Shown here: positions 34,601-43,288 of the stretch, piece after piece
How positions within the stretch are numbered: the stretch's first letter is position 1
Layout of the letters: every line of letters begins with the position of its first letter
From: an uncultured Alphaproteobacteria bacterium
Lineage (GTDB): Bacteria > Pseudomonadota > Alphaproteobacteria > CAAGCB01 > CAG-977
DNA length: 64,000 nt
Assembly: GCA_934277945.1 (NCBI GenBank)
Contig: CAKQWA010000002.1
Location: 162,410-226,409, forward strand
Reading direction: 5' to 3'
Translations under genes and position numbers: made by a program
Notes under the pieces: generated by a model
What the model was told of the DNA's origin: nothing
Seen by the model: the letters and a program-made list of their open reading frames with translations, nothing else
Database searches by the model: none

Positions 34601-37600
34601 GGAAATCGACCCGATGCCCGACGAGCCGACGCCGCCCAGTGCCAGCAAATTCAACTGGCTTGACAAATCCAACTGGGCCTCGCCGGTATCGCGGTTGCCG
34701 CCGGCGGCGTGCGCCGCGTTTGTCGCGTAATAAGCGGAATTCACGGCTTGCGGAACAAAAACGCCGTCGGCATTATAATAACCGCCGCGCTCATACTCGG
34801 TTAAAAGTTCGCTTGTAACAGCCCCCTCATACGAAGACGTCAAACGCGTGCGCGCCTCGCCCAAATAAGTGCCGGCGCTTGTATTCGTTTCTTCAAACGG
34901 CACTTCGTCGTATGTGGACTGGTAAATCTGATTGTGCTCCCGAGAATCGCCCTCTAAAACTTGGGTTTCCAAGCCGCCTTTGAACACATAGTCGTAGTTG
35001 CGCGCCCGACCGTAGCCGCCGATGGAGTTGCCGGAAACAAAGCCTCTGTCCGCATCCTCGTCGCCGTAGTATCTGACGAACAAAGACGCTTTCGGGTTTT
35101 TCTCATACGCGTACATTTTCAAATTCGCGTCGGCATAAGAATTCGCCGCCGCAAAATTAGCGGCGTCATATTGCGCCCCCAGACGCACGGACGGCGCGAT
35201 TCTGTCATTCGCTCCGTAAGCGATGTTTTCCATGTTCAACGACGTCGTCACAACTGCCAAATCGCCCGCCGTCGTACTGTTTCCGGCAAGTTCTCTTGTT
35301 TTCATGGCAATGCGGGAAGAAGAACTGCCAAAGCCTTGCGTGTTTATTTTGGCATACATTCTCAAACCGTTTCGCATTTCGTCATAGTCGCTTTGAGCGA
35401 TGTCCGTTTTGCGATGAATATGTTGCGACCCGCGCGTATCCATGTACTTTTCGTAATCGACGTTTTCCTCGCCGTACGTTTCAAAACGTCCCGACATGGC
35501 GGAAATAAAGGCTTTTGAATCGACATATCTGGAAAGCGCTTCTGAAACAAGGGACGCGGTTTGCGGGGCATACGACATATCTGCGGAATTTGTCGCCGTG
35601 GGCGACAACCCTTTGAACGCTCCGAAACGTCTGTCTTGCCTGTTGTATTCCAATCCGACGAAATACATATCCGAAAGGGGAAGCGCCGTATCGTCGCTGC
35701 CCAAAGCAATATAGTCGTTTAAACTTTTAGGCATTTCCTTTTTCAAACGGGTGGGATTGTTCAATGCAACATACCCCGCCCCCAGTTTTCCGGCGCCCGT
35801 TGACATATCTTGTTTGGCTTCATTGAGGCGGGCGGAGGTCACCATGCCTTCCAATCCGGAATAACGCCTTTCAGAATAATATCCCGAATGGAACGTGTAA
35901 TCGGAACCTATGCTAAACCGTGTCGGCGGCATAAAGCTGTCAGTATATCTGTATCGACTGTTTGTACTGCTTGATTGAAACGGCAGTTCGTCCAATTTAA
36001 CATACGAACGCGTTTCCGTCAGCGTACCGGTGTCAGCCGCGTGTATTTTTGTCGAATAAAGATAAGCTTTGTCAAAAAATGACGAGGAGGTGGAGGAAAA
36101 ATCCAATCCGCTTGCAATGACATTATCGGTTCGGCTCGGTCTATAATTCCTGTAATGTTCCAAAGACAAAGACGGAATTTCATTTCCGTTTCCCGCTCTG
36201 AAATACTGCACGCTGTTCGCCATGACGGATCTGGGCACGTTCACCAACTCGTCAACGTAATTGCTGTACGCGCGCGCATACAATCCGGATTTATAATCGG
36301 TCAGATATCCCGCACCGCCGTGAAACATGGTCGTATTTGCGGACGCGCCCAAACTGTAAGTCGGGTTAAATCCGCGGGAAGCCGCAGAACCGATGGCGCC
36401 GGAATCCGTCAACGTCGGATACACAACCGTTTCATTCGGCTTCATTTCCAGACTGATTGTGCTGTTTTGATTGGCGGCATTCCCCGTTCCTTGTTCATAG
36501 GTGTTGACGCCTGTCGATAAATTGACGTGCGGAGACCTTCCTTGGAAAGAACTGGAAAGAGGAAAAAGAAGATTTTCCGCGCGGGAATCTATTCTTTCGG
36601 AGGCGTTAATATCCAACTTCGCCGTCGTTTCATACCTGTATGTGTCGTTGACGCCGCCTAATTGAAAACCCGAATTGAACGACATTCCGGAAAGCGTTCC
36701 CGCTGTCGTCTGGTCGGCGGGAATTTCGGGCGCCGAAACCGATAAATCCGCATTTGCCTGCGCCGCTCCCGACACATAACGAAAACCGCCCGGTGCGCGA
36801 TACAACCACGTCGCCGCGTTTCTGTGTTCTTTATGGGAAACTCTTGTTTCACCCTCTTGCGTATACCCGTCGTCGTCCAGATTGTGACGGATGCGGTGTT
36901 CTTTGACGTAGCCGTCGTCATTCACCGCGTATTCGCCCGTCGACATGGTTTGACGCGTGAACTGCGCCTGCGGCTTCAAAAGCGCGCGCGTCGCCGAATT
37001 GTAACTTTCGTAATCGGAATCCCCCGGCAACGTCGTGTTGCGCGGCAGGGCGCGCACATACAGCCCCCCGTCGCTCGCCATGAATATGCCTTTCGCGCCC
37101 TTAATGTCGTGCGGCGTGCCGCGACCGTAATCTTCGTCCGTCACCGTGCCGTCGTCGTCGTTCGGAACGCCGACTCTGCCCGCCATGTCCAAATCCGTAA
37201 ACATGGCGTTGCCGCCCTCGACGCTGGTCGGTTTGCGGTACAAAAATTCGCCCAGATTCGAGTTGCCTTTATAAACCGTCGTCACCGCGACCTGTCCGCG
37301 TCCGGGCTGCCACGACGAATTCGCCGCGAAAAAGTCCGTCACGTCCGGAATTTCCCAAATGCCCTGCGCGCCCAAAACGCTGACTTTCGACGCGTCGCCC
37401 GTCACCGCCGCCATGTTCGCCGACGGAATGAAGCCGCCGTCCGCCCCGATCATCGCCGCAATGCGCATCGCGCGCCGGTCCGTAATCTCGTTCGCCGTGC
37501 CGTTGTCCGCGCGCGGTCCCGACACGACCAGAACCGTATAGTCAAACGGCTTGCATTCGTCCGTGCGCTGTCCCGCCGCGTCCCTTGTGTCGCAGGAGTG

Positions 37601-38041
37601 CTGACGCACAATCGCCGCGCGGTAGTTGTCCGCCAGTCTGTTCTGAAACACGCACGTCCCGTTTTCTTCCAGACAGAATCCGGGGGGCAGGAATTTCGCA
37701 AGTTGTCTGTTGTCCAAAACCAGCGATTGCTTTTCCCCGTTCGCCCCCGTGTAACCGCCTCCGAACGCGCCCGAAGCCGACGTGTCCCCCAACGACCCCA
37801 AGTTCGCGTCAATGTACGACATCGCCGCGTCGCGCAACATTTTCATTTGTCCCGCGACCGTGACTTCTTCCACTTCCTGCGTCTTTTCCGACGTCTGCTT
37901 GACAAGCATCGGGCTCATCAGCGTCATCAGCCCCAGAAGCGCAATCGCTTCCAGCATCAGCGCGCCGCGTTCGTCCGAACGCTTTTGCGTATGTGATTCA
38001 ACTCGCGTCTTGCTCATCAGGGACATAAAACGGGACAACAT
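31616..38041 (-). CDS. Giant (2141 aa) S/T/N/Y/G-rich protein with a TadE/pseudopilin-like class III N-terminal signal; putative pilus-associated adhesin
   Basis: The N-terminus 'MLSRFMSLMSKTRVESHTQKRSDERG|ALMLEAIALLGLMTLMSP' has a charged leader ending in Gly, Glu at +5, and a ~18-aa hydrophobic stretch. This resembles the TadE_N 'RGAxxVEFAL' pattern of prepilin-like proteins. The rest is beta-rich and low in charge, with a Cys-rich C-terminal ~250 aa. Confidence 0.55.
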   Translation of the reverse strand: MLSRFMSLMSKTRVESHTQKRSDERGALMLEAIALLGLMTLMSPMLVKQTSEKTQEVEEVTVAGQMKMLRDAAMSYIDANLGSLGDTSASGAFGGGYTGANGEKQSLVLDNRQLAKFLPPGFCLEENGTCVFQNRLADNYRAAIVRQHSCDTRDAAGQRTDECKPFDYTVLVVSGPRADNGTANEITDRRAMRIAAMIGADGGFIPSANMAAVTGDASKVSVLGAQGIWEIPDVTDFFAANSSWQPGRGQVAVTTVYKGNSNLGEFLYRKPTSVEGGNAMFTDLDMAGRVGVPNDDDGTVTDEDYGRGTPHDIKGAKGIFMASDGGLYVRALPRNTTLPGDSDYESYNSATRALLKPQAQFTRQTMSTGEYAVNDDGYVKEHRIRHNLDDDGYTQEGETRVSHKEHRNAATWLYRAPGGFRYVSGAAQANADLSVSAPEIPADQTTAGTLSGMSFNSGFQLGGVNDTYRYETTAKLDINASERIDSRAENLLFPLSSSFQGRSPHVNLSTGVNTYEQGTGNAANQNSTISLEMKPNETVVYPTLTDSGAIGSAASRGFNPTYSLGASANTTMFHGGAGYLTDYKSGLYARAYSNYVDELVNVPRSVMANSVQYFRAGNGNEIPSLSLEHYRNYRPSRTDNVIASGLDFSSTSSSFFDKAYLYSTKIHAADTGTLTETRSYVKLDELPFQSSSTNSRYRYTDSFMPPTRFSIGSDYTFHSGYYSERRYSGLEGMVTSARLNEAKQDMSTGAGKLGAGYVALNNPTRLKKEMPKSLNDYIALGSDDTALPLSDMYFVGLEYNRQDRRFGAFKGLSPTATNSADMSYAPQTASLVSEALSRYVDSKAFISAMSGRFETYGEENVDYEKYMDTRGSQHIHRKTDIAQSDYDEMRNGLRMYAKINTQGFGSSSSRIAMKTRELAGNSTTAGDLAVVTTSLNMENIAYGANDRIAPSVRLGAQYDAANFAAANSYADANLKMYAYEKNPKASLFVRYYGDEDADRGFVSGNSIGGYGRARNYDYVFKGGLETQVLEGDSREHNQIYQSTYDEVPFEETNTSAGTYLGEARTRLTSSYEGAVTSELLTEYERGGYYNADGVFVPQAVNSAYYATNAAHAAGGNRDTGEAQLDLSSQLNLLALGGVGSSGIGSISSSYQDAMQPASPVATLSAVSSDVHKGYILSGQVSEAARNNEVWKSLTKAAQLKLRSHSLSQPRSDHKRDAQYNSWYHLSYIPSLNLSAVAVAENITGEDEYGSTGLLQGSTLEMDSYASVQDTALPQLRSSLRTERVLFDPRTPFRNIEEWQNQHRATSDFFKATGQYTTERASLNMTAGSTGGIHYDTFNLLTATSDLTTLAVSQTPGTSMRRFAQSQLLSDVSYRQDYMAIGDSGIHVTSGLLGNIVRVPDSTAWNDFSAVGMNLKLGATAGVVVGTGEQTLDTAFTANSPQGWQNARFGFITQREQINAVGSGLNGAPFGRISTNSADTRFYKLPNKSSVVSQNFMPNPTLVNSVSLSSDVPRYATRADPRFYTMGAQNKIIGGLIITSQYGSDTTHGTPPIAEFSTIVHQPANTSWNGSATTSYGRLQLAGNGQAGIDLDTRYWKIRDGYIEVNRDEARKFGDTVDQTINWRNNATYYTYTSSETFRQVRKIDNDTATGGYNYSTGRRDSYALGDGQSYQPTSSMFRYGSTSNVPKEIYDAFRLDPAYVSVMNDIKLTSRGGANLSDILPNYVLKSIYTLTNQYAKGPWPCDTTDATTRNMYKEDGWKDGYYNYYNSNPGNCSFVVPRGRLAKEPARYMDTNNATLDKYHYASRNSYYMEAWETDCSLMNRFGYKNYCTLNASGYKAYNVNPRSMFVSYAANNYYHCSGGSSAGCLTHPFMGVVPAPGMYVSFTSYNSSSRSSVVGIDDHLAGICPAGYLPVMTVTPTAFDVGKVIFIDAGSNSTASTIPIGPTTTGGEFYVVNDLSKLPIVEEDDSQEGDPTYGWEAHTDPDQPNRYLADVIQTSRRFQNFGHQDYRTEVPFIYQPATRIAVAAKPLCANSPANCLQITMDTRLRTDTTRYDCGAYGGKTLCGWAVAMGTVTPNKVKTSATSPDYFWNMGGIFSGSMQALVHTYCYFDPQNFNFPNAYMDYEQRRVRPVDNPNLLMKHK

Positions 38042-38295
38042 CGCCTTTACTCCTTTGTTGTGCGGTCGCTTTAAACGCCGCGCCGCCCTGCCATCTTAAA
38101 CGAACTTCCTTAACAACCTTTAAAAAACATCGCTTGATTGCAAGGCGGGCTTAACACTTTTACTTATTGTCAGGCTAGCAAAGCGCGTTTGTCAAAAACA
38201 ACAAAAAACGTGTATATCTGAATCCATAACCCGCGCAAATCCGCCGTTTCAGACGGATATATCTTTGGTCATATACGGTAAAATATCTTTTTATA

Positions 38296-38733
38296 TCAAC
38301 AACTTAAATAATTTTGAAGTTGTTTTATCAGCACTTCGTCCGCCGGCGGCAGACGCTTCACCGCGCCGTTTGAATCCGGCATTTGCATCGCGATGTCGCG
38401 CGCGTTCACGAACGCCGCCTGCTGATTTTCCAAAGGAATCGGATTGCCCGTCCATTCGCGGCAGGCGAAAAACAGCATCACCAAGTGAAAACGCGCGTAC
38501 GAATACGACACAAAGCCGACTTCGCGCAAATCCGACTCGGAAACGCCGATTCCCAATTCCTCTTTCAATTCGCGGCACAGCGCGGCTTGCGGCGTTTCGC
38601 CCGTTTCAATCTTGCCGCCGGGGAATTCCCAGAATCCCGCGAATTCCTTGCCTTCGGGACGCGAGCACATCAGCACCCGCCCCTCCGCGTCAATCAGCGC
38701 GCCCGCAACGACGTAAACAATCTTTTGCATCAC
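38296..38733 (-). CDS. Nudix hydrolase (MutT-like)
   Basis: 145 aa with the Nudix box 'GGKIETGETPQAALCRELKEELGI'. Confidence 0.75.
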   Translation of the reverse strand: MMQKIVYVVAGALIDAEGRVLMCSRPEGKEFAGFWEFPGGKIETGETPQAALCRELKEELGIGVSESDLREVGFVSYSYARFHLVMLFFACREWTGNPIPLENQQAAFVNARDIAMQMPDSNGAVKRLPPADEVLIKQLQNYLSC

Positions 38734-39944
38734 TGGTATCTCAACGCTTCAATCGGATCCAATTTCATGGCTTTGTACGCCGGAAACACGCCCGACACCA
38801 CGCCCACGAAACTCGACACCGTAAACGACAATATCACGGGCCACAGGCTGAACGGCACCGCCGTGTCGTACAAATAGCCGCCCAACTGCGACAAGCCGAC
38901 GCCCAAAATCAGCCCCACCGTGCCGCCCAGCACCGATATCAGCACGGATTCCGCCAAAAACTGCATCATAATCCAGCGGTTCGGCGCGCCCAGCGCTTTG
39001 CGGATGCCGATTTCGCGCGTGCGCTCCGTCACCGACACAAGCATCATGTTCACAATGCCGATCGCCCCCACGACCAGAGAAATCGACGCGATCGCCGACA
39101 GCAGAATCGACAGCACCGTGCCGATCAGTTTGATGTTTTCCACCATTTCCGCCACGTTGAAAATGCGGAAATCGTTGTCGTCCTCGTCTTTAATCTTGTG
39201 CCGCGCGCGCAAAAACCGCGTAATGCGCTGTTCGACGATGTTCAAATCCTCGTTTTCGTTGAATTTCACGGCGATGTGGTTCACCGCGTTCAGTTTCGCA
39301 TAGCGGTTGAAGCGTCTTTGCACCGTCAAAAGCGGCATCATCACGGACGCGTCCTGATTCGCGCCGCCGGAACTCGACCCTTTTTCCTTTAAAATCCCGA
39401 CAACCGTGAACGGCTGGTTGCCGATGCGGATGTTTTTGCCGAGAGGGTCGTCGTACGGAAACAACTCGGAAGCGACTTCCGCGCCGATGACGACACTGGA
39501 CGTGCCTTTTCTGATGTCCTGTTCGTCCAAGCCGCGACCGCGCGCAATCTCCCAGTTCGCCGTCTGCATATACTCCGGCGTCGAACCGATGATCGATACG
39601 CTCCAATTATACGGACCGTTCACCGCCTGCGCGTTCGTGCTCAACACGGGCGCAATCACGTTCATGCCGCGCAAAGCCCGCATCGCCAGCGCGTCGTCCA
39701 GCGTAATGGAAGTCGTCGGACCGGACGTTTTCACCGTCGCTTTCGGACGTTCCGAACGGATAATCAGCAAATTCGCGCCCATTTCCACAAAGCGTTCCTG
39801 AATGATGTTCTGCACCGCCTGCCCCGCCGCCACCATCATCACGACCGCGCACACGCCGATGATGATGCCCAGCGTCGTCAGAAACGAGCGCATCTTGTTG
39901 CCCGTCATGGATAAAAACGCTTCGTACAAAACGGATTTAATCAT
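38730..39944 (-). CDS. ABC transporter permease, MacB/FtsX family
   Basis: It has an N-terminal TM, a large periplasmic MacB_PCD-like domain, and a C-terminal FtsX 3-TM region ('...GIRKALGA...'). The start was set at 'MIKSVLYEAF', whose ATG overlaps the ATPase stop as ATGATTAA. The track ORF is longer upstream. Confidence 0.75.
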   Translation of the reverse strand: MIKSVLYEAFLSMTGNKMRSFLTTLGIIIGVCAVVMMVAAGQAVQNIIQERFVEMGANLLIIRSERPKATVKTSGPTTSITLDDALAMRALRGMNVIAPVLSTNAQAVNGPYNWSVSIIGSTPEYMQTANWEIARGRGLDEQDIRKGTSSVVIGAEVASELFPYDDPLGKNIRIGNQPFTVVGILKEKGSSSGGANQDASVMMPLLTVQRRFNRYAKLNAVNHIAVKFNENEDLNIVEQRITRFLRARHKIKDEDDNDFRIFNVAEMVENIKLIGTVLSILLSAIASISLVVGAIGIVNMMLVSVTERTREIGIRKALGAPNRWIMMQFLAESVLISVLGGTVGLILGVGLSQLGGYLYDTAVPFSLWPVILSFTVSSFVGVVSGVFPAYKAMKLDPIEALRYQ

Positions 39945-40662
39945 CTGATTCTCCGTGAAAACCTTTGTAATCCGACACTTTGCCGTCATACGCGATCGTG
40001 CCGTCGACAATGCGCACCAGCCGGTCGGCGTACATCGCCACGTCGGGTTCGTGCGTGACAAGCACAATCGTAATGCCCTGCTCTTTGTTCAAATTCTGCA
40101 AAAACAGCATGATTTCGTCGCTGGTTTTGGAATCCAGATTCCCTGTCGGTTCGTCCGCCAAAATCATTTCGGGCGAATTGACCAAGGCGCGCGCAATCGC
40201 GACCCTTTGCTGCATACCGCCGGAAATCTGATTGGGAAAACGGCTCGCAAAATTCTTCAAACCGACCAGCGTCAGCATCTCTTTCGCGCGCTGTTCGCGC
40301 TCCGGCTTGTCCATGTCGTTCGCGTAAATCAGCGGCAAAGACACGTTGTCGGTCAGCGACCGGCGCATCAGAAGATTGAAGCCCTGAAACACGAATCCGA
40401 TCATGCGGTTGCGCACATACGCCAGATCGTCGTCGTTCATGTCGGAAACGACTTTGCCGCCCAGAACGTACTTGCCCGACGTGGGACGGTCAAGACAGCC
40501 CAAAATGTTCATAAAAGTCGACTTGCCCGCGCCCGACGGTCCCATAATGGCGACGAATTCGCCCTTTTCAACGGTCATATTGACTTTTTTCAGGACGTCC
40601 TGCTTCATGCCGCCCGCCATAAAGTACGTTTTGCAGACGTTTTTGATTTCAATGACGCTCAT
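39937..40662 (-). CDS. ABC transporter ATP-binding protein (MacB/LolD-like)
   Basis: Walker A 'GPSGAGKST', signature 'ISGGMQQRVAIARAL', and Walker B 'ILADEPTGNLD'. Confidence 0.85.
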   Translation of the reverse strand: MSVIEIKNVCKTYFMAGGMKQDVLKKVNMTVEKGEFVAIMGPSGAGKSTFMNILGCLDRPTSGKYVLGGKVVSDMNDDDLAYVRNRMIGFVFQGFNLLMRRSLTDNVSLPLIYANDMDKPEREQRAKEMLTLVGLKNFASRFPNQISGGMQQRVAIARALVNSPEMILADEPTGNLDSKTSDEIMLFLQNLNKEQGITIVLVTHEPDVAMYADRLVRIVDGTIAYDGKVSDYKGFHGESDD

Positions 40663-41819
40663 GGAGGTCCTCCGCGCTTAACGGACACTTTCGTCGTCAA
40701 ATCTTCGGTCACGACGGAATCACCCTCTTTCAGCCCCGACACGATTTCCGTGTAGACCAGATTGGAAATGCCTTTGACGACTTTCGTCGCGACGGGCGTG
40801 TCGTTGACCAGTTTGTAAACAATCGCCTCGTTTTTCTTCAATTCCTTACGTTCTTCGCGAATACGCATCTTGTCGATGTTCGACTTTTTGCCGTTGTTTG
40901 TATTCGGCGTCACGGGGCGGAACTGAAAAGCCATGTTCGCCAGTTTCAGCACGTCGTCGCGTTCGTCGACGTTGACCGTAATGTAGGCGGTCATGCCGGG
41001 GAGCAGACGCAAATCGTCGTTTGAAATCGACACGACGACCGTGTACATCACGACGTTTGAATCTTCCGTCGGCTGCAAACGCACCTGCGACACCGTGCCG
41101 CTGAACGTGTCCGCCGGATAGGTGTCGACCGTGAATTCGACGGGCAGTCCTGCTTTAACGGGTCCGATGTCCGCCTCCGACACGCTCGCCTCTATCTGCA
41201 TTTTCGTCAAATCTTCCGCGATTGTGAACAGTTCGGGCGTTTGGAAACTGGACGCGACGGTCTGCCCCTCCTCGACCTCTTTGGTGATGATCGTGCCGGA
41301 AACGGGGGAGATGATGTTCGCATAGCCCAAATTGCGCTGGGCTTTTTTGACTTGCGCCACCGCCCGATCGTAATTCGAGCGCGCGGTCACGACGTCGATG
41401 TCCGACTGCTCCCATTCCGATTTGGAAATGAAGTTGTTTTCGTACAATTCCTTGTTGCGCTTCGCCGTCAAAATCGCGTAGTCCAGTTTGGATTTGTAAT
41501 CTTTCAGCAAAGCCTTCGCCTCGTTCAAATCCTGTTCAAGCGTGAACGTTTCCAACTGGGCGATCAACTGCCCCTTGACGACCTGCGAATTGTAATCGAC
41601 GAACACTTTTTCGATAATGCCGGACACCTGCGTGCCGACGGAAACCACGTTGACGGGCTGGATTGTCCCCGTCGCCGTCACGTCGACCCGCAAATTGCCT
41701 TTCGTCACGGTCACATAATCGTAAACGATTTTTTCTTTGCGCGGGAAAAAGTGGCGATACCCCGAAAAACCGGCGGCACCCAGAATGACGACAATCAGAA
41801 AAACGGATAATTTTTTCAT
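40659..41819 (-). CDS. Efflux periplasmic adaptor (membrane fusion protein, HlyD/MacA family)
   Basis: 386 aa with an N-terminal TM, a coiled-coil hairpin region, and lipoyl/beta-barrel MFP domains. Its stop overlaps the ATPase start. Confidence 0.75.
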   Translation of the reverse strand: MKKLSVFLIVVILGAAGFSGYRHFFPRKEKIVYDYVTVTKGNLRVDVTATGTIQPVNVVSVGTQVSGIIEKVFVDYNSQVVKGQLIAQLETFTLEQDLNEAKALLKDYKSKLDYAILTAKRNKELYENNFISKSEWEQSDIDVVTARSNYDRAVAQVKKAQRNLGYANIISPVSGTIITKEVEEGQTVASSFQTPELFTIAEDLTKMQIEASVSEADIGPVKAGLPVEFTVDTYPADTFSGTVSQVRLQPTEDSNVVMYTVVVSISNDDLRLLPGMTAYITVNVDERDDVLKLANMAFQFRPVTPNTNNGKKSNIDKMRIREERKELKKNEAIVYKLVNDTPVATKVVKGISNLVYTEIVSGLKEGDSVVTEDLTTKVSVKRGGPP

Positions 41820-41822
41820 ATC

Positions 41823-43211
41823 TTACAGTCCCTTATCGGTCTTGAACGGGTCGATCAGTCCCATGGAGCGAATCAAATTGCTTTTGGAAATCAGCAGGTT
41901 GTAGAACGAGCGGCTTTTGGACGTGCGCGCGTCCGCCAGTTTCGACTGCGCGTCCAAAACGTTCAGAATGTTGCCTTTGCCCGCCTTGTACGCCCCCAAA
42001 GCGACATTCGCGCTCTGCGACGCGCTTTTCAGCAGGGTCAGACTGATTTCGTGCGTTTTTTTCGCCGTGTTGAACGTCTGGTAGTTTTCCCACACGTCGC
42101 TTTGCACGCTGTTTTCCAATTCTTTGAGTTCGGCGCGTTTTTGCTCCGCCTGATAGCGCGCGCGGGTGATTTTGTACTGGTTTTTAAAGCCCGTGAACAG
42201 CGGAAGGGTCATCGACAGCCCAACGCGGCTGGAATACTCCTTGTCGCCGCCTTTGGTCAAATCGTCCGTGGCGTCCAGCCCCGCGGTCATGGAAAAAGAC
42301 GGGGCGTTCTGCGCTTTTTCGTAATTCAGCGTCGCAAGGGATTGCTTCAAATCGGCTTTTTTCGCCAGAATGTCCGAACGGTTTTGAAGCGCGATGTCCA
42401 GCAGGCTTTCGATTTTTTCGTCGATTTCCAGATTTTCAAGCGTGTAGGGTTGCGGTTCCAGCAAAAAACTCTTTTGCGGCGGATAATTCAGCAAAACCGC
42501 CAGCGCGCCCTTTGTCAAAGACAGGGCTTCCTCGGCTTCGGCGGCGGTCAGTTGCGCTTGCGAGTACGACGTTTCCGCCTGCAATTTGTCGCTTAAAGCC
42601 GCCAATCCGAGTTCATAGCGTTTTGCCGCCGCGTCGTAGGCGGATTTCGCGGCGTCGACCGTCGCTTGCGAATTGGCGTATTCCTCCTGCGCGGCGAAAA
42701 GGCGGTAATACGCGCGCGTCACTTCAAAAATCAGCGTTTGAAGCGTGTCGGAGCGCGTGAAAGAGGACGAAATCAACGCCTGACGCACGGCTTCCGTATT
42801 TTGCGCGCGCCCGCCGAAATCGTACAAAAGCCAGTTCAAAGACAGCGAGCCGGACAGCCCCGAAGAATTGGAATCGTGACGCGAATTGTCAGCTTCCGTG
42901 TTTGATGTTTTGACATCCGCGCTTAAATCCGCCGTCGGCAGATAATCGGCTTTCGCCTCGCCGAACGCGGCGGCTTTCTGCATGGCGGCGGCGTATTGCG
43001 CCGCGGTTTGCGGATTGTTGCACAGCGCGAGATTCACAACGTCCGACAAAGTGAGCTTTTTATCGGCGATATCGGCGGAGCACACGGGTTCGCGCACCTG
43101 CGTTTCGACCGATTGCGCCGTGTTGAACGGATCGCCGCCGAACGCGAACGCCCGCGCCGGACTCAACAAAGCCGCCATAAAGAGCCATTTTGCAAACTGT
43201 CCTGATTTCAA
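41823..43211 (-). CDS. TolC-family outer-membrane efflux channel
   Basis: 462 aa with a signal peptide and a duplicated TolC-type alpha-helical/beta-barrel repeat. It heads a four-gene efflux operon. Confidence 0.75.
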   Translation of the reverse strand: MKSGQFAKWLFMAALLSPARAFAFGGDPFNTAQSVETQVREPVCSADIADKKLTLSDVVNLALCNNPQTAAQYAAAMQKAAAFGEAKADYLPTADLSADVKTSNTEADNSRHDSNSSGLSGSLSLNWLLYDFGGRAQNTEAVRQALISSSFTRSDTLQTLIFEVTRAYYRLFAAQEEYANSQATVDAAKSAYDAAAKRYELGLAALSDKLQAETSYSQAQLTAAEAEEALSLTKGALAVLLNYPPQKSFLLEPQPYTLENLEIDEKIESLLDIALQNRSDILAKKADLKQSLATLNYEKAQNAPSFSMTAGLDATDDLTKGGDKEYSSRVGLSMTLPLFTGFKNQYKITRARYQAEQKRAELKELENSVQSDVWENYQTFNTAKKTHEISLTLLKSASQSANVALGAYKAGKGNILNVLDAQSKLADARTSKSRSFYNLLISKSNLIRSMGLIDPFKTDKGL

Positions 43212-43288
43212 AGCCGTATCCTTTGTCTTTTCATGATATTTTCGTTCATCTTTACGTTAATACGCAAAGCGGGCAAGATGTCTTTCGT

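Noticed and set aside
38299-38326. Inverted repeat aacaactt...aagttgtt resembling a terminator
   Set aside because: It lies inside the 3' coding end of the Nudix gene, which stops at 38296-38298, and has no U-tract in the transcribed orientation. It is probably coincidental.
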